A stretch of 64,000 bases of DNA from positions 343,398 to 407,397 of the forward strand of contig CP066688.1 of NCBI GenBank assembly GCA_016432425.1, in the 5' to 3' direction. The position numbers and the translations under genes were made by a program. The DNA comes from Candidatus Daviesbacteria bacterium. GTDB lineage: Bacteria > Patescibacteriota > Microgenomatia > Daviesbacterales > UBA10151. This document shows, piece after piece, positions 38,846 through 47,724 of this stretch (the stretch's first letter is position 1; each line of letters starts with the position of its first letter). The notes below the pieces were generated by a model that ran no database searches, was not told the DNA's origin, and saw nothing but the letters and a program-made list of their open reading frames with translations.

Positions 38846-40522
38846 TTATCGGCGTGGCGGTTGAGATAATTGGCCCAGTCTATTTGTAAAGGAAGTTAAC
38901 CAGCGCGGCGCTCCAGGAGCGGTTGCTCTTTCTTCTAATAATCTAGATCCCGCTGCAGCTGCTCCTCTGCCAAAACTAGGTGCTGCTGCTGTCACCACAG
39001 TTTGCCCCCGGCCCAATCCTGCCATGGCCTCTTGGGGAATACCGGCAATATCTTTAACCCCAAAAGCGTTTTTGACCATATCAGGGATGGCTGGAGTGCC
39101 TAAAATTAAGCCGTAGGCAATAATTAATCTCAACAACTCGATACTTAAACCGCCAAAAAGTGGGGGTGAGGCTACCCAAGACTTTGAGTCAGTTTGCAAG
39201 ATCATACCGGCAAACAAAAAAGCGGCAAAAACAGCCGGGAAAACTAAAGCATTAGCTAAAATTGTTTTCCACCATAAATTTAAAGAGCCTCCCTTGCCGG
39301 GAATAGAGGAATATAAAATAATAAATGGTGAGAGGATAGTGGAAACCAGCAGGGCAATGTAGGCCCCGATTAATTTCCACAGCAACCTAAAAAATTGGAT
39401 CAATAAAGCAATCACTAAAATTAAAGGGACAATCAATCCCACAATGCCGGTGAAGGCTGCTCCCGCTCCTGCTCCCAGGGCAGTGCCTGCTCCCAAACCC
39501 AGAAGTGTACCTGCTCCCGGAAAAACAATAGTGCCCACAATGGTTCCGATAATGGCCGGCAACCCAATGGCTAAAGCTGCTCCTCCCCTTTCACCGCCTA
39601 CAGTTGAAGATAGGGTCCCAAAAAGCCCTTTAGTGACATCATGGATATTTTCCGGAATCCTAAAAGTTGACACAAACATATTGAAAACATTGGAACTATT
39701 GGCTAAATCCTGAACCTGTAAAACATTAGGGGTGGCCAAAAAAATCTGGGCTACTGCTTGGACCCCGACAAAAGAAGTGTCAATTAACAGAGCAGAGAAA
39801 AAATAACTAAAGGTCACTAAAACTATACCTATGACCAGTCCAGGCAAGGCAGCCTGGGCGGAAATAACAGTTTGAGGATTAATTTTAGAGCGGAACATGA
39901 TCATAAAACCAATGGCAATAAAAACAAAAGTAAAAATAAAATAGGCCAAGTTTCTGCTAATTAGCCAAAGTTGCCTAACTGGTTCAATAATGCCCGCTCC
40001 TGACCCGCCCACCTGGGCATAGGCAGGTTTGGCTAAAAAATTATTTCCTACAGAGGCTAAGTATTGGACAGTAGAAGTAGGTGGGTTGGTATACATGGCC
40101 ACAAAAATATTAGTCACTCCTGCTAAAGCCCCCCCACTTTGGCCAGGACTGTAAAGGACAATTTTGCGCTCTTTGCCAAGGGTAATTCCCAAACATTCGT
40201 CCACCGGGCTCATCCCGGCCAGTTCACAAAACATGCTGTGTTCTAAATTTAAAATAGTGTAATTAGAATGTTGGGGAGCCTTATAATTTTCCTGGGTAAC
40301 TGATTTAGGTGTAGGCTTAGGAGAAGGGGAAGGAGAGGTTTGGATACCAGTATTATCTCCTGGAGCTTGAACGGATTTGGAGGTATTAACTGGATCATTA
40401 GTGATTTCAGCCTGGACATTAGTAGCCAGTAGTAAACAGTAAACAGTAAACAGTAAAAATAAAATTATGGCTTTACTGACAACTGACAACTGACGGCTGA
40501 AAGCTGAAATTAGGGCAGACAT
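38846..40522 (-). CDS. VirB6/TrbL-like polytopic membrane protein with signal peptide and Pro/Ser-rich N-terminal region
   Basis: Multiple Gly/Ala-rich TM helices (…GAGTLLGLGAGTALGAGAGAAFTGIVGLIVPLILVIALLIQFF…); located in T4SS cluster. Confidence 0.5.
   Translation of the reverse strand: MSALISAFSRQLSVVSKAIILFLLFTVYCLLLATNVQAEITNDPVNTSKSVQAPGDNTGIQTSPSPSPKPTPKSVTQENYKAPQHSNYTILNLEHSMFCELAGMSPVDECLGITLGKERKIVLYSPGQSGGALAGVTNIFVAMYTNPPTSTVQYLASVGNNFLAKPAYAQVGGSGAGIIEPVRQLWLISRNLAYFIFTFVFIAIGFMIMFRSKINPQTVISAQAALPGLVIGIVLVTFSYFFSALLIDTSFVGVQAVAQIFLATPNVLQVQDLANSSNVFNMFVSTFRIPENIHDVTKGLFGTLSSTVGGERGGAALAIGLPAIIGTIVGTIVFPGAGTLLGLGAGTALGAGAGAAFTGIVGLIVPLILVIALLIQFFRLLWKLIGAYIALLVSTILSPFIILYSSIPGKGGSLNLWWKTILANALVFPAVFAAFLFAGMILQTDSKSWVASPPLFGGLSIELLRLIIAYGLILGTPAIPDMVKNAFGVKDIAGIPQEAMAGLGRGQTVVTAAAPSFGRGAAAAGSRLLEERATAPGAPRWLTSFTNRLGQLSQPPRR
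40431..40508. repeat. two heptanucleotide repeat tracts inside 5' coding region of VirB6-like gene
   Basis: agtaaac x3 plus agtaaaa (40431-40458); tactgac/aactgac/aactgac/ggctgaa/agctgaa (40474-40508). Confidence 0.7.
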
Positions 40523-40569
40523 AATTTAAGATTAAATCAAAGTAGCTTATTTATCAACAGTGTGGCCAG

Positions 40570-41142
40570 TCACTGTTCAGTAACTGGTTTAACTCCCTCC
40601 GGGAAATTAGCCTGCTGGTAGGTTTCCTCATAATCTTTAACCTTTTCGACTCCTGGAAGAGTTGGCAAATCTGTGCCATAAACCCCAGTGGGTCCCCTTA
40701 AAAAGCTCTTTAGTTGTTCTATGGGGGTACCTTGTAACTTGACATCTGGAGGGGTTTGAGTTTGCTGAATAGTTTCTGATTGGACAAAAAACTTTTCTAT
40801 ATTAAGGGTTTGCCCGGCTTTACTTACTAATTCTGAGAAAAAATTACCTATTCCACTCAAAATCTGGCTTACTAAATCCTGATTAGGTAATTTATCTTTA
40901 ACTGCCTCCGGGGCCAATAAATTCTGGTTCAAATTATAAACAGCCTGTTCCTCAGAATTTATGGTAATAGCCTGAATAGGAGTAGCCAGTAGTAAGTAGC
41001 CAACAGTAAACAGTAAAAATATAATTGTTATCTTATTAACAATTAATTTAGGGGCAGACATAGTTTTAAAATTTACAGGTTCCGTTATAAACACTACTTT
41101 TAAGTGAAGCAATATTTCCCCCACCAACTCTGGCTGGTCCAC
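40570..41142 (-). CDS. small secreted/membrane protein with N-terminus paralogous to VirB6-like protein
   Basis: ITIIFLLFTVGYLLLATPIQAI vs IILFLLFTVYCLLLATNVQAEI; underlying DNA also heptamer-periodic (agtagcc agtagta agtagcc aacagta aacagta). Confidence 0.35.
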   Translation of the reverse strand: MDQPELVGEILLHLKVVFITEPVNFKTMSAPKLIVNKITIIFLLFTVGYLLLATPIQAITINSEEQAVYNLNQNLLAPEAVKDKLPNQDLVSQILSGIGNFFSELVSKAGQTLNIEKFFVQSETIQQTQTPPDVKLQGTPIEQLKSFLRGPTGVYGTDLPTLPGVEKVKDYEETYQQANFPEGVKPVTEQ

Positions 41143-42997
41143 GGGTACTAAAAGTATATTTACTTCCTGGCGGCATCTTTCTATTTACAAGAAGATTATC
41201 ATAAGGATTTTTCAGTTCTCCATAACGACCAATAGCATAACCTACTACTTTACCTCGGTTATCATATCCCACCTGGATAATTACAGCTCCTCTGTAGAAG
41301 GTATCAAGTGTTAAATCTCCTTTATTAATGACCACCCCACTTCCCACCATGAATCTTTGATCAGGAGCAAGATTTAATGATGAAGATTCAAATTCCACCA
41401 TACCGTAATCTCTGGGATAAGTAGAGACTGGATTGGTGGGTTGCTCTGAAAGTTCGACACTAGCACGGTCTATATTACCGGCGGCTAAAGAGGCTGTCAT
41501 AATATTATGAGGTCCAGCATCAAAAGTGGCGCCTACATAATCCTTATTAGGATTCATACAATAGAAGCTTATTTCAGTTGTTTTTGCCACTGGAGAATTA
41601 TTTCTGGTCAGAAATTGAGGAGTAAAACTTAAATATTGTCTCCAAAAATTAGGCATAGTTAATTCCCACACTGCATGGATACGGTTTTCTCGGCAGTTAC
41701 GTTCAGTAGGATTATTAATACAATCCCATGAAGGTCCTTCAAAAATCTGTACGTCTTTAAATACTACTTTAGTAGAGGTAATCACACCTGTAGGTTTTTC
41801 TAAAGTAGGGGTAATTGGTGTATAAGTAGGTGAATATATTTGGTTCAACGGTCTTTGTCGTAGATAATCTTGAACTGCCCAATTACCATCACTTAACTGC
41901 CACCATAAATAACCATCAGTATAAACCGGACCTCCGGTAACAAAAACTGAGCTACCCTCTTTTTCGCAGCGTTGCACTCTACTGTTGGTGGAAGGTTGTT
42001 CCCTAATATTTAAACAGCTGCCGGTCCCGGAAATGACGGCTTGATCTTTAAGAGTAAAAGCAGGGGTGGGAGTAGGTTGAGGAATTTCGGTAGGGGTAGG
42101 GATGACGGTAGGAACAACTAATGGGGAAATATCTGGGGGTGGGTTTTTGGTTAAATAAACCGGGTTAAAATCAATATAATTAATGGTACCCTCACAATCC
42201 TTAGAGTTTCTACTTTCCTCCCTGCACCAACTGGTATTAGCTACCCTAGGTTCTTCTCCTGATTTAGCGAGGATACCATTGCGGTCACCGGGTAAACTTT
42301 TGTGTGCCCAGCCGGCAATGGGTTGGGATTCATCAAAAGGAACTGGTTGGTCACCTTTGTACAAGGCTACATCTACATGAGGGCCGCTATTAAAATGGTC
42401 GGGGCTATGTTCACAAGAAGTAAAACCCAATTCGCTGGTGTAGGCGACTTTGTCTCCTGGTTGTACTTTGATTTCACCCAAATGTTCATATTCGCTGCTG
42501 TAACCATTAGGATGGTCAATTCTGACCATACTGTGCCGTGGGTCGTTGGGATTATTTTCCTTCCCCACCCAAGCTACTACTCCCGGGGCCATTGGCCTGA
42601 TAGGTATAGTGCGGATGATTAATGTTTTTTCTGGCTCACATAAGCCGGCAGCCACGGAAAAGTCTAAATGCCCGCTATGGGCCCCACCGCCTCCGCCGGT
42701 AAAATAACCCCGGCCCCAAAAAGGGAACTGCCAGCCCAAGTTTTGTGCCCCTTGGTCTGGCTGACTGACTATTGGTGAGCTGTCTAATGGCTGATCAGGT
42801 GAAGAAGGTGTGGTCCCACAACCGACAAGAGCCAAACCAGCCAGTGGTAATAGTAAATTTAAATTGGAGTTTGAGGGGTGGTTAGAATCTAAAAAATAAT
42901 TAACGCGAAGTTCGTCTGCCAGAGATGGTCCAATTACTCCTTTACCCCAATCTCTGGAGCCATCATCCAAATAAGTGTAGCCTAATTCTTTACTCAT
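41066..42997 (-). CDS. lipoprotein with M23/LytM-like peptidase domain (HxH degenerated to HVD) plus additional beta-rich domains
   Basis: Lipobox LALVGCG; GAHSGHLDFSVAAG; RIDHPNGYSSEYEHLGEIKVQPGDKV; GPHVDVALYK in place of GPHLHFE. Confidence 0.45.
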   Translation of the reverse strand: MSKELGYTYLDDGSRDWGKGVIGPSLADELRVNYFLDSNHPSNSNLNLLLPLAGLALVGCGTTPSSPDQPLDSSPIVSQPDQGAQNLGWQFPFWGRGYFTGGGGGAHSGHLDFSVAAGLCEPEKTLIIRTIPIRPMAPGVVAWVGKENNPNDPRHSMVRIDHPNGYSSEYEHLGEIKVQPGDKVAYTSELGFTSCEHSPDHFNSGPHVDVALYKGDQPVPFDESQPIAGWAHKSLPGDRNGILAKSGEEPRVANTSWCREESRNSKDCEGTINYIDFNPVYLTKNPPPDISPLVVPTVIPTPTEIPQPTPTPAFTLKDQAVISGTGSCLNIREQPSTNSRVQRCEKEGSSVFVTGGPVYTDGYLWWQLSDGNWAVQDYLRQRPLNQIYSPTYTPITPTLEKPTGVITSTKVVFKDVQIFEGPSWDCINNPTERNCRENRIHAVWELTMPNFWRQYLSFTPQFLTRNNSPVAKTTEISFYCMNPNKDYVGATFDAGPHNIMTASLAAGNIDRASVELSEQPTNPVSTYPRDYGMVEFESSSLNLAPDQRFMVGSGVVINKGDLTLDTFYRGAVIIQVGYDNRGKVVGYAIGRYGELKNPYDNLLVNRKMPPGSKYTFSTRGPARVGGGNIASLKSSVYNGTCKF

Positions 42998-43009
42998 TGT
43001 TTATTTAAA

Positions 43010-43342
43010 TTAAGGACACCAATTAGTTCCGCCAACATTACACAAAGTTTTAATGTCAAAAGTTTTTAAGCCTTCTAAGCCGGTAAAGGCCGCAACCAGC
43101 TGCAATACCAGCCAGGCAATGACCAAAAACAGTATTCCTAAAAGGGCCCAGGTGACTGTCATGGAGGCTGACTGGATGGCTTTGGCATCTCCCCCGGAAG
43201 TTAAGTACCTAATTCCTGCCCACACTAATACCATCACCAAAGCTACAAAAGCCGCGGCTACTGACAAATTAATGATTCTGCCAAAAAGCGCTTCCAGTTG
43301 GGTCAGGCCGGCTGCATCGCTGACTACATTGGCGGGGGTCAT
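43010..43342 (-). CDS. T4SS pilin-like protein (VirB2/TrbC-like, 2 TM), paralog 1
   Basis: Two hydrophobic helices flanking SGGDAKAIQSASMTVTWA motif. Confidence 0.5.
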   Translation of the reverse strand: MTPANVVSDAAGLTQLEALFGRIINLSVAAAFVALVMVLVWAGIRYLTSGGDAKAIQSASMTVTWALLGILFLVIAWLVLQLVAAFTGLEGLKTFDIKTLCNVGGTNWCP

Positions 43343-43379
43343 AATTTAAAATTATCACTCGGATAAGCCCAGGTCAAGC

Positions 43380-43805
43380 TCAGCGTGATAAAGAGGGGGT
43401 GGGGTTTTGTGGTGAAGGAATAGTGAATTCTCTTAACAGATCAACTCCTAAGAATCCTCCGGCCAGTTGGACTATGGCAAAAGCTACTGCCAAAATGGCC
43501 AGCCCCACTAGGGCATGGATAATTCTACCTCTGGCATTGCCAATGGCATCTTTATTACCCCCGGATAAAATCCACTCCACTGCCCCCCAGACTAACATCA
43601 CTAAGGCAATAATTAAAGCAATAATAAAAATTAGCCTAATTCCGGCATTTAAAAAATCAGAGATATTAGCAAAACCTACGTCAGGTTTTTTGATTTGGAT
43701 GGTGGTATCTGCGGCCCACACTCCCACCGGATTTAAAAGTGCTGTTGCGGAGGCGGTTAAGATAGATAGTTTTTTCATTTCTAATTTAATAGTATGCAAC
43801 CCCAA
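43380..43805 (-). CDS. T4SS pilin-like protein, paralog 2 (signal peptide + 2 TM)
   Basis: MKKLSILTASATALL signal; WILSGGNKDAIGNARGRIIHA motif. Confidence 0.5.
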   Translation of the reverse strand: MGLHTIKLEMKKLSILTASATALLNPVGVWAADTTIQIKKPDVGFANISDFLNAGIRLIFIIALIIALVMLVWGAVEWILSGGNKDAIGNARGRIIHALVGLAILAVAFAIVQLAGGFLGVDLLREFTIPSPQNPTPSLSR

Positions 43806-43813
43806 TTAGTTTG

Positions 43814-44149
43814 TCAAGTTTTAAAGAAAGTAAATCCGGTAAAGATTCCCACTAGGTTTAAAATAGCAAAAGTAATACCCAAAAGAATAATGCCGATAAT
43901 AGCATGAGTAATTCTACCTCTGGCATTGCCAATGGCGTCTTTATTGCCGCCTGACATAATCCACTCAAAAGCTCCCCATACCAGCATAAAAACAAAAATA
44001 ACAGCTGCGATTTCATAAATTAAAATTATCAAGTTGCTTAAAAATAAGCTAATTCCGCCGGCTCCGGTCGGGTCTTTTTCTACAAAAGGCTGCAAGGGAA
44101 GAGGGGGAGTAATTTTACCAAAGACATCTTCTACGGCTGCCAGTTTCAT
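43814..44149 (-). CDS. T4SS pilin-like protein, paralog 3
   Basis: WIMSGGNKDAIGNARGRITHA; ~85% nt identity to paralog 2 across motif region. Confidence 0.5.
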   Translation of the reverse strand: MKLAAVEDVFGKITPPLPLQPFVEKDPTGAGGISLFLSNLIILIYEIAAVIFVFMLVWGAFEWIMSGGNKDAIGNARGRITHAIIGIILLGITFAILNLVGIFTGFTFFKT

Positions 44150-44469
44150 TGGCCTCCTTTAATAATTTGGAAATTGGGAATATCAAATAAAGCAGACAAA
44201 ACAAACTGTAAAATTAAAAAGGCCATCATTAAGATTATAAACCCAATCATAGCATGGGTCATCATCCCCCGGCCGGAATTCAATGCTTCTTTGTCTGATC
44301 CGGCAGTTAAAAACTTAAAAGCCCCAAAGATAAAATAAAATACTACCAGCCCTGCCGCAATGGAAAAGGTGGGAGCGACTAACCGGTCAACGCCTTGGCC
44401 CAGCGAGGAAATTTCTCCAAAAGCAAACTCATCTTTTAATTTCACTTCAGCAATTAAATTATTTATCAT
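44146..44469 (-). CDS. T4SS pilin-like protein, paralog 4
   Basis: FLTAGSDKEALNSGRGMMTHA flanked by two TM helices. Confidence 0.5.
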   Translation of the reverse strand: MINNLIAEVKLKDEFAFGEISSLGQGVDRLVAPTFSIAAGLVVFYFIFGAFKFLTAGSDKEALNSGRGMMTHAMIGFIILMMAFLILQFVLSALFDIPNFQIIKGGQ

Positions 44470-44789
44470 ATTGGTATGACTACTTTGCTATTTGGTTGCA
44501 AAATTTCCTTGGCAAATTGGGCGACAGCGAAGGCCAGGGCAATCATAATCAAACCAACGATGGCCCAAATAATTCTGGATCTGGCTTGAGCCAATTTTTG
44601 CTTATCCCCACCGGCCGCAATGTATTGAAAAGCAGCCCAGACAATCCAAAAAAAAGCTAAAAAAGCCGCCAAATAAAAGGTCATGTTCAACAGCCCGGAG
44701 ATAACATCTCCCAAATTATTAAATTTGCCTGGACCGGTTCCCCCAACCGGAGATGTGTCCCAAATTTTTGGTAAATCCTTAAATTCCAT
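44466..44789 (-). CDS. T4SS pilin-like protein, paralog 5
   Basis: YIAAGGDKQKLAQARSRIIWA flanked by two TM helices. Confidence 0.5.
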   Translation of the reverse strand: MEFKDLPKIWDTSPVGGTGPGKFNNLGDVISGLLNMTFYLAAFLAFFWIVWAAFQYIAAGGDKQKLAQARSRIIWAIVGLIMIALAFAVAQFAKEILQPNSKVVIPI

Positions 44790-44791
44790 AA

Positions 44792-45913
44792 TTATACTTC
44801 AGGTAGTATTCCTAGTATATCAACTCCGATAATTTGCATAAAGAGGACGGAAAAGACGACAAATAAAATACCAATAATAGCACTGGCAAAACGGTCATGG
44901 CCGGCTTTTAACCTTTCCGGGCTGCCGGCAGAGGTGATCATCTCCAGTACCCCAATTAACATCAGCAAAAAGGCAACCCCGCCCCCAATACCCAGGCTAA
45001 AACGGAAAAGATCTGTAATTAAAGCTAAAGGTTTAGTGTGGACACAACCAATGGCGGTAGCTACACCCTCTCCACTGTCACAAGCAATGCCGGATGAAGA
45101 AGTACAACCAGGAGTGCCGGGAGTACAAGGAGGGGGAATGGAAGAAGAAAAAGTATGACCCTTCTTATCAGTGGTTATTACTAAATTGGCGGTAGTAAAA
45201 ATATTTTTATTGTCTGGAGTTAAGATTTGAGCTTGGATATTGTATGATCCAGCCGCTAAATCAGCTACTCGATTGGAGATGTTAATACTAGAAGTACCTG
45301 AATTATCAGTTGAGCCTTGTCCAATTGGTCTCCCTTCTAAATTAGTAATCTTCAATTGAATAAAAGCTTTTTCTATCGGACTCCCATCGTTTTTTTTCAA
45401 AGTAGTATTTGCTGTAAAATTTTCTCCTGCTTTACCGCTAGAAGGGTTAATCGATAAAGTTGATTGATAATCAGATTGGGCTGGCTGAACAGTAAATTTG
45501 ATGGTATGACTGGTTTTTTGTAGTTTCCAACTACAAAAAGCTCTATTACCTAAGACGTCAATATTGCATGACTCTTTGTATACTCTGGCAAAGACTTCAT
45601 AGTTACCAGTTGTTTGGGGATCTATTCCATAACTACCCTCAGGATTCCTTGCTAAAAGAGAATCATAACTGCGGCTATCTGTATAACATTGGCTATCGGC
45701 TCTAGAGCCAGTAAATATTAAATCAGCGGCATCCTTTTTAAAATAAATAACTAAACATGTCCCAACATCAATTCCGTCATAAGAAATAAGCAAGTTATCT
45801 TGGGCAGTAGGAGAAGCAGGAGAGAGAGTTATAGAAAGAGAGGCTGAATAAATCTCCAATGGTATTAAGAGAGATATTAAAAGAATACTTAAAAAAGTAA
45901 CTATTTTGGGCAT
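44792..45913 (-). CDS. secreted Ser/Thr-rich protein with C-terminal pilin-like 2-TM domain (candidate tip/adhesin pilin)
   Basis: Signal peptide; ~280-aa extracellular region; C-terminal MITSAGSPERLKAGHDRFASAIIG between two TM helices. Confidence 0.45.
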   Translation of the reverse strand: MPKIVTFLSILLISLLIPLEIYSASLSITLSPASPTAQDNLLISYDGIDVGTCLVIYFKKDAADLIFTGSRADSQCYTDSRSYDSLLARNPEGSYGIDPQTTGNYEVFARVYKESCNIDVLGNRAFCSWKLQKTSHTIKFTVQPAQSDYQSTLSINPSSGKAGENFTANTTLKKNDGSPIEKAFIQLKITNLEGRPIGQGSTDNSGTSSINISNRVADLAAGSYNIQAQILTPDNKNIFTTANLVITTDKKGHTFSSSIPPPCTPGTPGCTSSSGIACDSGEGVATAIGCVHTKPLALITDLFRFSLGIGGGVAFLLMLIGVLEMITSAGSPERLKAGHDRFASAIIGILFVVFSVLFMQIIGVDILGILPEV

Positions 45914-45988
45914 TAACCCTAGATTAGCACATGGGTAGGGTACAGTTCAAAGCGTTTCACAAAGTTGTGTTAAAATTAAACTTACTGC

Positions 45989-47707
45989 ATGCGAAAATTT
46001 ATCCTGTTACTGCTCTCGTTGTTTTTTCTATTTACTGTGCCCTTAATGATATTCACTATTAAAGCTGATGAAATTGAGGATTTACAAAAGCAAATTGATC
46101 AACTAAATGCAGCCAGACAGCTATCAATTGCTGCCACTAAACCTTTGGAAGGACAACTCTCTGCCCTAGAGCGCCAACTGGCTCAAATTCAAGCCTCCTT
46201 AGATAATTTAGCTGCTGCCATTAAGAGAAAACAAAATGATTTGGACTTACGAGAAGAAAAAATTGTTCAGGAGCAGGTGACTTTAGAGGCCAGCATTAAG
46301 TCTTATTATATTAGCTCCTTTCAGGCTGCCCCCCTGCTGGTGCTGCTATCTTCCGCCCACCCCAGTGATTTATTCCGGGAGTTGTCCTTTCAACTGAACT
46401 CTGCCAAACAAAACCGCCAGACAATTATTAATATTACCAACGAAATTTTAGATTTACTAAAACAAAAAGATAAACTGGAAAAAGACAAAGCCGGGCTGGC
46501 TTCCCTGCAAGCTCAGGCAGATACCAATGCCCAATTTATTGGCGGGGAAGTAAAAAAAGCTAAAGCTTACCAGGCGGATTTAACTTCTAAAATTGTGGCT
46601 TTAACTGCCAAACAGCAGCAGATTTTATCCCAGAGACTGGCCAGTTTAAACATTTCCCGCTCAGCTGCTTCCATTGGGGCTTGTAGCGATGATCGGCACA
46701 TTGATCCGGGATTTTCTCCCCGGCTGGCTTTTTTTACCTATGGGGTACCCAATAGAACTGGGCTTAACCAATATGGGGCAGACGGCAGGGGTAGGGCCGG
46801 ACAAAATGTCGAGCAAATTTTAAATGCTTACTATACTAATTTTGAACTTAAAAAAGATTACCGGACTGATATCAATATTAATGTGGAAGGACATGGAGCG
46901 TTTAATATTGAAGATTATGTCAAAAGGATTTATGAAATGCCTGCTAGTTTTCATCCTGAGGCTCTCAAAGCCCAAGCTGTGGCGGCCCGATCTTATGCCC
47001 TTTCTTACACCAACAATGGGGCAGGTTCCATTTGTACCACAGAGCGGTGTCAGGTTTTTAAACCTGAGCCCAAAGGTGGGGTTTGGGAAGAGGCAGTTAA
47101 TGCCACCCGTGGCTGGGTGATGGTACAGGGAGGCAGCCCAGTGAAAGCTTGGTATTCTTCTACCCATGGGGGATATATTTTGTCCTCCGGGGAGATCGGC
47201 TGGTCTGATACTTCTTGGACCAAACACGGGGTAGATACAGTTGTCGGCAGTGCTAGTGGATTTACTGATTTACAGGCTGGAGCTTATGATAAAGGTTCCC
47301 CCTGGTTTTATTGTGACTGGGGTTTCCGCAAGGAGTTCAGTAAAACCGCCTGGCTAGAACCCTCAGAAGTAGTAGATATTATTAATACTTTACTTTTAAC
47401 TCAGGCAGACTCTTCCACCGGTGAGCATCTTTACCAAACTGATAAACCCAATCCGGCTGGGACAGATAATTGGGACGAGGAAAAAGTCAAACAGGAGTTG
47501 CGAAATAAAGGCCTAACTCCTTACAATAATATTTCCAGTGTCTCAATTTCAGCAGATTTTGGCAGTGGGAGAACTGCTTCTGTTAATGTCTCTGGTGATG
47601 GTGGGTCCAGAAGCTTCTCCGGGGCAGATTTTAAAAATAGATTTAATTTGCGGGCTCCGGCTAATTTACAAATTGTGGGACCGCTGTTTAATGTAGAACA
47701 AAAATAA
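45989..47707 (+). CDS. SpoIID/LytB-domain protein with N-terminal coiled coil
   Basis: …ALKAQAVAARSYALSYTNNGAGSICTTERCQVF…WYSSTHGGY… typical SpoIID/LytB core. Confidence 0.65.
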   Translation: MRKFILLLLSLFFLFTVPLMIFTIKADEIEDLQKQIDQLNAARQLSIAATKPLEGQLSALERQLAQIQASLDNLAAAIKRKQNDLDLREEKIVQEQVTLEASIKSYYISSFQAAPLLVLLSSAHPSDLFRELSFQLNSAKQNRQTIINITNEILDLLKQKDKLEKDKAGLASLQAQADTNAQFIGGEVKKAKAYQADLTSKIVALTAKQQQILSQRLASLNISRSAASIGACSDDRHIDPGFSPRLAFFTYGVPNRTGLNQYGADGRGRAGQNVEQILNAYYTNFELKKDYRTDININVEGHGAFNIEDYVKRIYEMPASFHPEALKAQAVAARSYALSYTNNGAGSICTTERCQVFKPEPKGGVWEEAVNATRGWVMVQGGSPVKAWYSSTHGGYILSSGEIGWSDTSWTKHGVDTVVGSASGFTDLQAGAYDKGSPWFYCDWGFRKEFSKTAWLEPSEVVDIINTLLLTQADSSTGEHLYQTDKPNPAGTDNWDEEKVKQELRNKGLTPYNNISSVSISADFGSGRTASVNVSGDGGSRSFSGADFKNRFNLRAPANLQIVGPLFNVEQK

Positions 47708-47724
47708 GTTATACTGCTTAAAGA

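Noticed and set aside
40431-40508. Short direct repeats considered as a possible CRISPR array
   Set aside because: Units are 7 nt, contiguous without spacers, and lie inside a coding sequence; no cas genes nearby (the Cas4-like gene at 14333 is 26 kb away and solitary).
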